Source of the DNA: Antedon mediterranea
Taxonomy: Eukaryota > Animalia > Echinodermata
NCBI RefSeq assembly: GCF_964355755.1
Contig: NC_092670.1
Coordinates: 2,966,201 to 3,030,200, forward strand
DNA length: 64,000 nt
Direction: 5' to 3'
In this document: positions 33,330-46,750 of the stretch, piece after piece
How the letters are laid out: every line of letters begins with the position of its first letter
Position numbering within the stretch: position 1 is the first letter of the stretch
Translations under genes and position numbers: made by a program
The notes under the pieces: model-generated
Databases searched by the model: none
Seen by the model: the letters and a program-made list of their open reading frames with translations, nothing else
Told to the model about the DNA's origin: nothing

Positions 33330-36300
33330 CGTCCCTCGTAACCTAAACAGCATTACATTGTGAGACTCTGGCAGTCCTTTATTCTAACTCAACTGCAACA
33401 CGACACTATTGTAGTTTATCATGTGATGGTGACATACACCCTAACCCAGGCCCTGTAAATCAGCATCAAGCACAGGAGCAGCAGCTGCGTTCATCGAGTT
33501 CATCTACCAGTACTGCGTCGACTTTGAATTGTCTTAACATGAATGCCCGCAGTCTTCGGAACAAGACCATTCAATTACAAGCGTTTCTCTCTATTCAAAA
33601 CATTGATATTTTAGCAATAACTGAATCCTGGCTTACATCAGAAGATTTGACATCTTCACTGGGTATTCCTCAAGATTATATGGTGATCAGAAAGGACAGA
33701 CCCAACAAGAAAGGAGGCGGTGTATTTTGCAGCAATAAAGAACGAACTGAATCCAATTCATTGTCATTTGCTGGACTCTGGTCCTCATGAAGTTATATGT
33801 TTTTCTATTTCGATTGACAATTATAAGCTGCTTTTCACTGTTTGTTACTGCCCACCGAACCCTGCCCAGTCTCCTTCTGGAATGACTTTAGTAACAATTT
33901 TCTTCTGCCTTTATTACCTCACTTACCAAAGTATGATGATATTTATATTGTTGAGGATTTTAATTTAAATTGGAATCTTAAACATACGATACCTACCATT
34001 TTTCTTGACACTATGAATGCTTTAAATTGTACTCAGCTTGTTGAAGAAATCACTAGGCCTAATCATTTGGTCCCATCATCTGGTACAATAATTGATCTTG
34101 TTTTTTCAAACAGGCCAGACGGTTTAATTTCACTTGATGTCATTGATAACCCAGTGATCAGTGATCACCATGCAGTTTCCTTTAACGTATTACTTACCAA
34201 ACCGTATTCTAAATTGTTGGTACGTAATTTTCTTGCTTACCACAAAACTGATATTGACCATCTAAAAAAACTTGTCCACCTTGCCCCATGGAATGTCTCC
34301 ATGGATGAAAACTCAGTTGACAACTCATGGGATATCTTTACAGCTATTGTCCGTGACTCAGTTCCGTTGAAATCCCGCAAGCAGCGGAAACATTCCCCAT
34401 GGGTTACCAATGACATCAAGCAATATATCAATATAAAGCATAGACTGTTCAGAAAAGCCAAACGTATTGGTTCTGTATCAGCATGGGATGACTATAAGTA
34501 TTCGTAATAAGGTTAAGCGTCTATGCAATAAGTCGTATTATTCATATGTCAACAAATTATTTACAAGTGACTCTACTCGTAAAGCTTTCTGGCGTTCCGT
34601 TATCTTTTAATATTAACGGTGTGAATGTTTCGTCACACCCTGTAGGCTAATTGCTAGTTCATTTAATGATTTTTTTGTTTCTGTTTTTAACCCACCCATA
34701 ATTCCCAGCTGTGAACCTCCGGTTTGTAATGTCCCAATCCCTGAACTTTCTCAACTTAACTTTAACGTCTACAATGTTGAGAAGGTGATTAATGGACTTT
34801 CGTCTAATAAATCTCCAGGTCCTGATTCCGTGCATCCATACATATTGAAATCTGCTTCCGAATTTATTGCTCCACCATTATTTAATTTGTTTAACTTGTC
34901 CCTGCGTATGGGGGAAATCCCCGCTAAGTGGAAAATGTCCCATATCACTCCTATATTTAAATCTGGTGATAAAAATGCAATTTGTAATTACAGACCAATA
35001 TCCCTTACCCCTATATGTATATCTGATCACGTTGCTTATAATTGTCCAATTACTGAAGTCCAGCACGGTGTTTTTCCCTCCCCTTCCTGTGTTACCCAAC
35101 TTACCAACCTAACTCATTCCTGGGCATCTTCGCTAGATAAAACTAAAGCCCCCAGAATTGATGTTATCTTTCTCGACTACGCCAAAGCGTTTGATAAACT
35201 ACCTCACCATATTATTTTAAATAAGCTGGCTAGTCACTTCAATATCAGAGGCAATGTCTGGAAATGGATCAAGTCATTTCTATTGGGACGTTCCCAAAGA
35301 GTCTTGTATCAAGGATCCATTAGTCCATCATCCCCAGTTACCTCTGGCATACCACAGGGCAGCGTGCTTGGACCCCTTATTTTCAACTTATTTATAAATG
35401 ACCTTCCCTCATCTATTATTTCTCCATTTGCATTGTTTGCCGATGAAACGATAATTTATAGAAATATATTTACTGTAGACGATGAAGTTGTTCTTCAGTG
35501 CGATCTGATCAGGCTTTCCTCTTGGTGTGATCTAAATGAAATGGAGCTTAACTTAAATAAAACCAAGGTTCTCCACATTACAAGATCAAGGAAAGAGTAT
35601 AGACCTGTTTATCGTATAAATGACTTGCCTATTAAATTCGTATCTTAGTCATTGTCATCTGGGGGTCACGATTAATAGTGAACTTACTTGGGATGACCAT
35701 GTAAACTTAATTATTTCTCGTTCAAATCGAATGTTGGGTTTTATTACTAGTATTGCAGGAGGATCATCCCCTTCAGCTATTTTCTCACTCTATAAAGCTC
35801 TCATTGTCTCCATCCTTGAATATGGTGTCCCAGCGTGGTTGCCTCGAACCAAAAAACTTACGGAACGTATCGAGGCAGTCCAGCGAAGGGCTACTCGGCT
35901 TGTCCTGAAACAAACAAGAGGTGAAATGGAATACGAGGAACGTCTCACTAAGCTAAATTGGCCTACCCCACACTATCTAATCGAAGAAATTATCTTCTGT
36001 TGTCCTTTGTTTCTAAATCACTTATTGGAACGGTTGATTGTAGTAGTGTTCGTCAATCTATAGTTGTTAATGGCCGTCACCTTGATACACTTAAGTTCAT
36101 TCATCACTATGCTCGAACCAATTGTCTTCATCATTCCGCTATTAACATATTGCCTAGGTTGTGGGAAGAATTACCGGAAATGATTAAAAATTCTTTAATT
36201 TTAGACAGTTTTCCAACATTTTTAAATTCACTTAAATCACATGTTTTATATTGACTTTGTTGAATCGACTATAATGTATTTTATCCGTTTATTTTATATT

Positions 36301-36510
36301 GACACTGTTGATTCGTCTATTTGTTATTTAAATATTTTTATATAGTTTATTATATATATCATTATTGTTACTTTGGGAGTACGGAACCTGAACTCTTGTT
36401 ATAGTGATTAGGTTCACTTTTAGGTTCCTGCCTACTCCCTTATATTAGTTTCTGTGTTTTTGTTTGTTTGTAACTGGTTTTTGGAAATAAATAATAATAA
36501 TAATAATAAT
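33330..36510 (+). mobile_element. Degenerate CR1/L2-group LINE (EN+RT with several frameshifts)
   Basis: GDIHPNPGP, NARSLRNK, ITESWL, SDH, KSPGPD, KAFD, PQGSVLGP, FADE, IEAVQRRATR spread over six ORF pieces; (AAT)n tail at about 36490-36510. 5' end uncertain. Confidence 0.9.
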
Positions 36511-36554
36511 TGACCATTCAGCCATCTAACCGGCTTACAATGCATTGATATAAC

Positions 36555-37429
36555 GGGTGCAGGTCAAGTCGGCCCCAAACCGTCTGTCTCGGCCAAAGTC
36601 AAGTCGGCCCCACGTCAAGTCGGCCCCACGTCAAGTCGGCCCCAAGTCAACTCGGCCTCAAGTCATCTCGGCCTCAAGTCAACTCGGCCTCACGTCAACT
36701 CGGCCAAAAACTAATCGGTCAACTCGGCCGCAATAAAGTATGGAACGCAAAAAGTGCTTAATATTATTGTGATTATTACTATCCACGCTTTAAAAAAAAT
36801 GAAGAAATAAAAAATATAATATAATAATAATATATTAAAAAAAATGAACTGAAATGAATTGCCGATATGAATAGAAGTACCCGCGTGTTACAAAAACACG
36901 TGCAGGTACCGCATTTTAGTAAATCGAAGACGGAGGCCTACGTTCCACCATTTGGCCATAGAAAAAATGATCGTAGGCCTACCTACAATACATTATCGTT
37001 TTTGTCCATGATTTGCGTTTTTAAAAAAGGGGAATCCCCCGGTCAGCGAAAACACGTAGCAGTTGTAGATATCGAAAAAGCTGCCACAGGCAGCTACGAA
37101 TTGTTTTCAATGGTGCAATTTGAAATTTTATTAAACATAAATAAAGGAAAGTTGGTGAAATCATTCTAGTATTGTTTTTGGTTTGCTAAATATATTATTG
37201 TCTAAATATTAATATTCATTAAAAGTCAGAATTATTCATAGTTGAAGAAATATTATTTTATCAATCCTCTTCATTTGCACTTTTTGTATTCCCTAATTTA
37301 ACCGATTATTTTTTGGCCGAGTTGACGTGAGGCCGAGTTGACTTGAGGCCGAGTTTACTTGGGGCCGAGTTGACTTGGGGCCGACTTGACTTTGGCCGAG
37401 ACGGTTTAGGGCCGAATTGGATCGAAATC
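36555..37429. mobile_element. MITE with inverted arrays of GTCAA(C/G)TCGGCC units
   Basis: 8-bp flanking repeat GATATAAC (36547-54 and 37430-37); about 9 units on the left and about 6 inverted on the right; about 350 bp upstream of the GTDC1 ATG. Confidence 0.8.
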
Positions 37430-38739
37430 GATATAACACATTAGTACAATAGCCATAGAGGGCGCTATATAGGATCTACAGTACGACTAGGTGTAGAGAG
37501 GCAGACAGTTCGTATTTAGTAAAGGCCTACTTTATACCAGGGAGTTGTAACTCCCTGTCTATACTAGAGTGGTATAGGATCACAAGTTTATTAATATTTG
37601 TTATATGTTTTTAATCAGATTATTTTTTTATTTCTCTCATTTTTTTACAGCATAGTCAATGCATGGAGTAAAGGTCAATGGTTACACCATATATATGTGC
37701 TATACATGACATCAAAATACATCTTTATAATAATTGAGGATCTTTTGTTAGTTGACGTATTATGACACGAAAGTTGTAAAGATGTCAAGGGTATTGTTGA
37801 TTGAGGCGTTCTATGCTGGCTCCCACTCTCAGTTGATCGACACTCTTGAGAAAGGTCTAGAAGGATGCGCTGTCAAATACACGGACATCAGCTCTATATT
37901 TTTCCGAAGTAATTTCACCAAGGAAAGAATACAGGTTAAGAGTGCATTATATTTTGACAGCAGAGGTCATAATCTTATAAATAAATTTTTTTATCAATAC
38001 CCTTTCTGTTGTAATAACAGAGGTGCCAACTTCAAAAAGTAAAAATCGAGGAAAAATTTTGAAGATACCCAAACAATAGAGGTAATACCATAAAAGTTGG
38101 AAAATATTCATCGGAATATAATAGAGTGCGCTATTAAAAACAATCATCAGCATTTGCATAATTAAAATAGTTATTAAAATAGTATTGTATTTACCCTATA
38201 TGCTATATGTAAAAGTACACCAGATACTCACCTACCTGGGAAATTCTTTCCCACTTGGGGCAAATCCAATGTATATATATATATTCCGTATCAATAATAT
38301 AGTACTTGCTTATAATAGCCGTCTATATTGTCACCATGGCAAAACTGCCCTGATTTCAGGTTTCTCCCAACCATCTGCGCATGCCCCAGACGTCCATATG
38401 TCATGCATACTAAATCAAGGCGCCCGTAGATGGTTTGTATGTTCAGGTCATTCATTCATTGGCCAGCCCCCTGGGGTCGATACTACAATATTAAACAATG
38501 GATATGCCAGAGGTTACCGGACTCTGCAAACTGGGAAAATTTGTTACTAAAATCCAGTTTTACCTATATTTAACAAACAAGCTACTAGTAGAGTAGTAGT
38601 AACCTAAATATTAAATCATTCATTTAGATGTTTTTTCCATGTAATAATAATAATCTGGAGAAATTGTCCTTATTAGCAGGAAGTAAGAGATGACTCCAAA
38701 TATCGGGGAACTGTAATAAACAATATTATTATACAGATT

Positions 38740-40040
38740 ATTACTTGACAAAGGTGTCCCACGCATTGATATTGTTGCACTGGACTATAGTCGTGCATTT
38801 GATTCCATTTCGCACTCTACAATGATTTCCAAACTGAAAAGAACCTATGGAATTGGTGGTTCCATGTTGCCTTGGTTGGAATCATTTTTAACTGAACGTA
38901 AGCAACAAGTTGTTTTTAACGGAAAGATGTCCGGCAAGAGTTGCGTAATATCAGGGGTTCCTCAGGGGTCTGTGCTTGGACCCCTGTTATTTAACATATA
39001 TGTTAAAGATCTACATATGCACCTACGTGCAAAACCATATCAATATACAGAGACGACACTTGCATTGCTAAATGTATAATGACGGAGGAAGATAGTTTAT
39101 CTCTGCAACAGGACATTGACACGATCTCCTGGTGGTCAGCACTTAATTCACTTTCCATTAACCCTAATAAATGTCAAGTGCTGTCATTGTCCAGAAAACG
39201 AGATCCCGTTGTTCCATCTTGCATTCTAAATGGACATGAACTCATGAACGTTAATGACATTACGTTACTTGGTGTGGTAATATCCCATAATTTGTCATGG
39301 GCACATCAGGTAGATAATGTAACTTTGAAATGCAATAGGATGTTAGGTTTTATACGATCAATTGCCACAGGTTGTTCTACATCTGTTTTACTTAAACTTT
39401 ATAAATGTCTTGTTCTTCCCCATATTCAATATTGCTCCCCTGTTTGGTATCCTTATCGTCAATGTCATATTAATAAGATAGAGAAAATTCAAAGAAGGGC
39501 AAGTCGATTTATCCTTCATCAACGAATCTTAGATCAGCCATATTCTGACCGATTAACTAGACTGAATTTGATGACAGCTGAATCAAATTGAGATTATTTT
39601 ACCGTTATTTTTGTTACAAATATATTGTATAAATTACAGAATAGTTTTATTTTAAATATGTTGACTATCAATTGTAGGCATTTGGATGTTCTAACTTTTA
39701 AACATCTTGCATCCAAAACTGATAGGAAAGCATTGTATCCCAACCAGATTTATTCGTTTGTGGAATTCACTACCGGTCAATATTAAAGACGCCTTTGTAT
39801 GCGGAAGTTGGGGTACAATTTAAAAACATGTTAATGGACCACTTTAAAAATACTATGCCTCTTTAATGTATATAATTATGGTATTAATATTACATATTTA
39901 CATTGTTTTATGTTTTAATGTATGCTTTGAGTGCTGGTGTGGCACACCTTATGGCGACAGTGGTCCTTTGACCTCTTTTGCCACTCCTTGGCACACTCAA
40001 AGTTTATGTATTGTTTTAATGTTGCTAAAATTAATAAAAT
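38740..40040 (+). mobile_element. 5'-truncated degenerate CR1-type LINE in GTDC1 intron 1
   Basis: RAFD, SGVPQGSVLGPLLF, NRMLGFI, IEKIQRRASR with frameshifts; ends in AATAAAATAAAA just before exon 2. Confidence 0.85.
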
Positions 40041-41274
40041 AAAATTATTAACTGTTCACTTTTCTTCCCTTAGAATTTTGTTTACCAGTTCAGTATTAAA
40101 TTTAGCAGAGTTGGTAGCACTGCGACCTGATTTGTCTCGGCTGACCAAGATTGTTTACTTCCATGAAAACCAGCTGGTTTACCCTGTCCGAAAACAAAAA
40201 GACAGAGATTTTCAATATGGATATAATCAAATAATAACCTGGTACTGTATATTTATTGTCAGTTTTTAAATTTATAGTAGGGAATTGAGAAGGACAGCAG
40301 GGGTGGATCCACGATTTTGAAATATAGGGGTGGGGAGAGGGAGGCTCAGACACAAGCATTTGAGCGTTCGGTAAATACGACCCCTAGATAGTCAGAAATG
40401 GTACTCGCACACAAAATTTATGATAAAATGGCACCTCCCACTAATCTAGTTGGCCCGCCGCGGGAAGGACGTTTGTATCATGCGCAGAAAACAGCAAAAC
40501 GATCATACTTTTTCTGGCTGGTAAACACAGTGACGTAACATTTTTTGCATATGTTGCGCATGTTCTGTGTGTAGGTAACTGCTGATTGTTTGATCGTACT
40601 TTACACAGTGTTGTGTTTTAATGGTAATTTTAAAGTTGTCATCCTGAATACTTACAGACTATTCCCCTTGATTTTCAGAAAATCAATATATTGTTGACGT
40701 CGCAAATGCTTATTTCTGCAGTTATCTTTATCTCTCTTTATTTCGAAAAGTATTTTGCTCAGTCCATAATTTATTCTTCTATCTATGCCCAGATGAGGTC
40801 AATATTTATATGCAAAGGAAAACTTTATACTGTATAAAATTTATTTAATGTTAATTTAAATTTTTCTTTTAGTTTAACTGCTGACATTGTTTTATTCAAC
40901 TCAAAATACAACATGGAATCTTTCTTGTCATCAATTGGGACATTTTTAAAACTTATGCCTGACTTCCGTCCTAAAGGCCTCGCTGAAAAGATACGACCAA
41001 AATCAAAAGTGTTGTATTTTCCAATAGAATTTCCAATAATGAATGATCCAATAGCAGATGTTATGGAAGGACTGACGTTGCGGAACAGGCCAGTTCATTA
41101 CATGGAAGTCAGGAGGTGTTTGAAAAATCCAAAGACAGGGCTATTAAATCAGGTGTCACCGGAGAACAGACAGTTTATAGCTGCAGTTCAGTTTTATCAC
41201 AATTGTCATCCCCATTAAAAATAGTATGGGCTCATAGATGGTACAGTCCTAGTGCATTTTTTGACTGCATCACT

Positions 41275-41785
41275 TATTTAGACTGCTATAATCATTTGAG
41301 TGCTATGCTTATTTAGTCTGCTATACTTATTGACACTGCTATACTTATTTACAGTGCTGTACTTATTTGACTGCTGTACTTATTTGACTGCTATACTTAT
41401 TTGACTGCTATACTTATTTACACTGCTGTACTTATTTACACTGCTATACATATTTACACTGCTATACTTATTGACACTGCTGTACTTATTTACACTGCTA
41501 TACTTATTTACACTGCTGTACTTATTTGACTGCTATACTTATTTGACTGCTATACTTATTTACTCTGCTGTACTTATTTACACTGCTATACTTATTTACA
41601 CTGCTATACTTATTGACACTGCTGTACTTATTTACACTGCTATACTTATTGACACTGCTATACTTATTTACACTGCTGTACTTATTTACACTGCTATACT
41701 TATTTACACTGCTGTACTTATTTACACTGCTGTACTTATTTACACTGCTGTACTTATTTACACTGCTGTACTTATTTACACTGTC
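41275..41785. repeat. 17-18-bp minisatellite (TACTTATTTACACTGCTR)n in GTDC1 intron 3
   Basis: About 28 tandem units, more homogeneous toward the right end. Confidence 0.95.
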
Positions 41786-41829
41786 TGAATTTTTACTTTT
41801 TTGTGCTTAGTTTACCTTGATTTTCACGC

Positions 41830-42425
41830 TGCTGCTCTAGCCCGCTACGTCCCATTAGGACTACTCAATCAGAAGCTAAAGCAAGCAGCAGTTATAGTTC
41901 TAAGGACAGACAGTTTTGTGAAAATGGAAACTCCACTATAATTTATTGATTCCAGCTGCTACAGTAGACCCAAAAAACGTCTGGGAAAGAGTCTATTAGG
42001 ACATGTCATGCTAAAATTACAAATCTCTAATAAGCATTTCTGGTATATTCACTGTCAGATCATTGAATTATTATCGAAACAGTCCATTAAAGTTTGTGTT
42101 TGTAATAGGATACTTCACAATTGAAATATCTAGGGTGATGAAGTGACCCCCAGATTTGACCTTAGCAATAAAATTAACTAAAGTGACAGAAATTGAGTAT
42201 TCACTTCTGTAACAAAAAAAATAATATTTATTCACATATAAAAAAAGAAAAGAAACCCAAAAACCATTGTCTGACAGACAATTTAAGTATTTGTTGCTTT
42301 AAATTACATTTTTTCAGGTAAAATAACTATTATGTGACAATAAAATGACACATTCAAAAACATTTAAAATAAAAAATATTTTTCAATAAGCGAGCAGCGT
42401 TTTTTGTAAGAAATATTTCTTGTTT
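41830..42425 (+). repeat. Unclassified interspersed repeat; second copy at about 60775-61120
   Basis: Shared blocks gctgctctagcccgctacgtc, aaaatggaaactccactataattt, gaagtgacccc..gaccttagcaataa, gagcagcgttttttgtaagaaatatt. Confidence 0.75.
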
Positions 42426-42625
42426 AGTAGTGGTACTTATTCACATTTTTTTCCTTTTGTAGAGAACACGACAAGAATCCTGACCTTTTTTTTAGAACAC
42501 TTTATAAACTTCTAGATAGTGGGGAAGACTTCAGGATTTCTGTTCTTGGGGAACATTACTCAGAAATTCCAGGTAATTATAAAGTCCGTAGAGGGCAGTG
42601 TTAAAAAATATTGTCTGCGATTTAA

Positions 42626-44367
42626 AGGGGGATTCTGGGTTTAAAATTGCTTTTAAATATCGTTTATTAAATAAAAAATATTATAACAATATAGACATGT
42701 CAGAATGAAGAAGTAATAACGAGAAATTAAAAAAATTAAATTTCATATACATTTTAGGGTAAATTCATGGAAAGTCTGTTTTTCAGCAGCTTAGGGAAGT
42801 TCATTAATATTCATGAGATATTCACAAAATCACGTCATCAGTGGATTCAAAACTCGCAACGTCAAGCTTGTACGTTGTGTTCTCTCTCCCCTGTCAAACG
42901 ACGACCACTCGATCATTGTGAAATACATTTTTTGTAGATTTTCTAAGCTAGGCCTAAAGTGTAATAATAACAGTAGTAGCATATATTTATTTGACATTTA
43001 ATGAAATACAAAATTTAGTACAGATTACGGAGTCATAAATTATACTATTTTTATACCTCGAATAGTACAGATCGTATATCGGCTTCACATACTAGGCTAG
43101 GCCTGGATAAGCAAGCCTGCGAGCTACAGCGATTTTAATTGTTTTTGCTTATCCTTGCCTCCTTAGATTTTCACCTGTCTTGTTTTTGTTACCTTGTTTT
43201 AAATGTATTTCGATTTTAAAGGCTAAATAAAGAATGAATGAATGAATGAAGGCCTAGCCTAAATCATTTTATTCATGGGTGAGAGCCATTTCTGACTAGG
43301 GATTCCATGGATGCCACGATGGCTACGTTAAAACATTGGGGCCATCATTCATGGGCCTAGCTAGCCTATTACTAAACGATTGGCCCATAAATAACAAAAG
43401 TCAGTGGAATCCAAACCCATCCTATCAACCAAACTCCTAAACAATCTAAACCTAAAACGTTCTACAAAAATCGGCTGTAAATATTGAGGCAAAACAAGGT
43501 CCGATCGCCGTCCGCACGTATGGTGTCCCGATCGTCTAATAAGTAGGCCTGAAATAGGCCTAGTTTACTCTCCAAAAAAGCGGATACTGCATCAAGCAAG
43601 TAGACCGGTAGTAGGAAGGAGACCTAGCCTATCCGGCCCAGTTAAAAATTGAGCTAGCTAGTGTAGTAGACCCTATGCGAATTGATACTACCAGGCCTTT
43701 TACTATAGGCTACACTTGTTAAAATTAGCAATACTGTACTCATGTTTACAAATATTCCAACTCTCTCATTCGAGCTATATTATCTATACCATTCCGGTAG
43801 GTCGAGTCGACCTTCAATCAAATACTGTAATTTAGACGGGGTATACTCGACCCGAACAGTTTGGTATTGTATACTGTATCTGCTTATCACGTGACGATGC
43901 CAGGCATGGGCAGAGAGAGCACGTGTATCGTCGTCTCGCTCTCCTCGCTCAGCAGGAATGTATACGTTACGCTTCATTGATTTTGAAGGCTTTCCCTAAG
44001 TCAGTGCGAAAATCGGCAAACGTAAAGTGCAAACTTATCTAATTTTTCACTGTTTTGATGGATTTTCATAGAAAATTGACTTTATAAATGGGAAGACTGA
44101 CTAAAATTACATCAGATAAGTATAATTTTACAAAAGTAATTGATATGGTTAATGATAACGAGTCGTCGGAAGATTGACCATTTCACGAATTTCCTATTCT
44201 GTAACCACATTGTGATTTTGCCGTAGCTGCACTTGTAATCTGGCCTCATTTCACAGCCTTCGTTCTGCTTCACTGGGCGCTTATATAAATTGAAACTTTT
44301 ACCGTTCAAGAGACAAACAAATATATTTTACATTTTTTACTATTCATTTTAAACCTGGAACCCCCCT
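42626..44367. mobile_element. Kolobok-type non-autonomous DNA transposon
   Basis: TTAA|AGGGGGATTCTGGGTTTAAAAT...ATTTTAAACCTGGAACCCCCCT|TTAA; an empty-site paralog lies at 44468-44590. Confidence 0.8.
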
Positions 44368-45564
44368 TTAAAAACATCAATATCATTTATTTGTGCTGCC
44401 ACTGTTTAACATTCCTAAAGAAGCTAGAATAAATTATGGTACTATTGTTCAAATTCGATAAAATCAGTAGAGGGCAGTGTTAAAAAATATTGTCTGCGAT
44501 TTAAAAATATTATAAAATATATCATTTATTTGTACTGCCACTGTTTAACATTCCCAAAGAAGCTAGAATAAATCATAGTATTGTTCAAATTTGATTGAAT
44601 AGCGACTCTGTGTAGTACGGCGGAACAGCACTAGTCTCTGAATTACACATGTGCACTAGAGATCAGATTGATACGCCCTCATCTTTCAGTATTTTAATTC
44701 ACAAAGTGGGATCTACCTGTTTTTATATAGATATTTTCACTGAGGCTTATGAGAGTCTGAAAGATAATATAGTTCATTGGGGTTATCAGCAGTCAAAAGA
44801 GGACTACTATCAAGTATTGATAGAGGGCGATGTTGCTGTATCAACGGCCAAGCACGAGTTTTACGGTGTTGCAATGTGAGTAGTTTTAATTATTGTTTAA
44901 CAGTTCGATTAGGCCCTCTACAGACACAGAAGCCATGGTCCAGATGCCTATCATAAACGACAGGAGCTGAAATGGACCAGTACATTGGGGTAACCCCCTA
45001 AACTCTACCGTAAGATGTTTTTTTAATGTACACAAGGCCCATGGACTCCAGTTTTAAGTTTTTTTCCAAGATGTCTTGTTGTAGCACCAGAATAATATTC
45101 AAGGAGAGCCTGGAACCTGTACTGATGTTATGGCTTTATTTTTTGGCGCCCCTAAACCAAAAGACAAGATCACCTAAAATTTAAGTATTTAAAGTTTACA
45201 ATACTTGGTGTTGTATAATATGGAATAGCCACTCTCTAATTTCTTTGCGTTCACCATTATAGCTTTACTCCGATTATAAATTTTGAAATAGTTACTGGAA
45301 GCCTGATGTATATTTATTACGTCAGAATGTATAAACAAAATTTTCAAAAATTCTATCAACTAAAAGTTGAAGTAAATCACGTCTCTAGTCCATTCTCAGT
45401 TGCCACACTTGTGTTGTTTACTCTGAAATAACCGTTTAATAATCTCTTTGCTTTCTCATGTCCATTCTACAGTTATCACAGATTGATTAGTTTATAGTCA
45501 TACCCAGTATTGTTTTGGTTTTACAATTAATTGAGAATATACCTCATGCAAGTATTTAATTATA

Positions 45565-46387
45565 GGCCCTGTTTCTGCTGCCAACTAAATACCGTATATT
45601 ATACTGTATTTTTTGAATACCGTATATATACGGTATATTTTTGGCAGCAGAAACTACGCTCATAGAAAATATACCGTATTTTGTATACCGTATTTTCCCC
45701 ACAAAATTTGTGGATAAAATATGGTATTTACAAATTTATACCGTATTTTTTGTACCCGTTTCTGCTGCCAATAAAAAATACCGTATTTTTTTTTTACATG
45801 ACAAAAGGTCAACATTCGTATTTTTATTTTCTGTCGCTGTCAGCTGTTTTACACACGTGTATATATATATTCGGCGAAAATGTGGAGCGAAGACGTCACA
45901 GTTTTACTAAATAAATTTGTGTGGGGAAGCTAAAATGTCTGGCCAACTAAAAGGTAATAAAAGGGACAACCACATTTATAAAGACATTTCTAAAAAAATA
46001 AAGCAGGAGTATGGAATAGACTTGTCTCCAAAGCAAGTAAACTCAAAGCTGAAGAGCCTGCGAAAGCAGTACAACATTGCAAAATACAATAACTCGGGGA
46101 GGGAACGAATTAATTGTCCCCATTACGATGTTTTCTGTGCTCTCACAACATCTCTATCACTAGGGCTAGGCTATTGAAAGTGAGACGTAAAATTTCCTTT
46201 ATTGCGACTTTTAATTATCGATCAAATAAATGAATGGCAATTTGGGTAAAAAAGATGAAATTTAACACGACCACCCAAGAAGTATTGTTAGCAGAAACGG
46301 GGTACTAAAAAATACGGTATAAAAAATACCGTATTTTATACCGTATTTTTATACCGTATTTTGAGCAGTTGCAGCAGAAACAGGCCC
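45565..46387 (+). mobile_element. PIF/Harbinger derivative with a Myb/SANT (trihelix) ORF remnant
   Basis: TIRs GGCCCTGTTTCTGCTG...CAGCAGAAACAGGCCC, ATACCGTA subterminal repeats, ORF 45917-46177 (HIYKDISKKI..QVNSKLKSLRKQY..CPHYD). Confidence 0.8.
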
Positions 46388-46750
46388 TTAGAATTATTTC
46401 AGTTTGTTTTATTTTTGCTCAGTTACTTTTGTCATTGAAACGTAGTAACATTCAATAAATATACAACATGGCATATGTTGATATTTAAGGTGCTGCAAGG
46501 TCCTAAGTATGAACTCCTAAAGATTGGTGTTCTCTTTATCACTGCCCTCTTGTAACCGTACTTTCTTTTGTTGCTATAGCAACTGATGCTTTTATTAGAA
46601 CATTTAGGGGTTAAAGATGTATTGTCCCCCTGAAAAAATAATTCTTAACAACATTTTTATTGAATATGCCATTTTAATGTAACATAATAGTTATCGACTT
46701 TGACAAAAAATTGGATTGAAAAAAAATGTATTTATCTGAAAAAAACTGTA

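Larger units (their letters stand above)
37782..44875 (+). pseudogene. GTDC1: GTDC1/QTMAN copy B, exons 1-5, disabled
   Basis: Exons 37782-37934, 40074-40241, 40873-41240, 42463-42572, 44731-44875 with GT-AG ends. Motifs [64 protein letters not shown]. Lesions: frameshifting loss of the LPAKKWHWRA-equivalent at about 37881, a frameshift in exon 3, and TG|A stop at the exon 3/4 junction. Confidence 0.88.

Noticed and set aside
41471-41810. Repetitive hydrophobic ORFs (TLLYLF / TAVLIY)
   Set aside because: Translation of the 18-bp minisatellite.
46480-46600. GTDC1 exon 6 of copy B
   Set aside because: No LEAVxCGCxPLCP in any frame I read.
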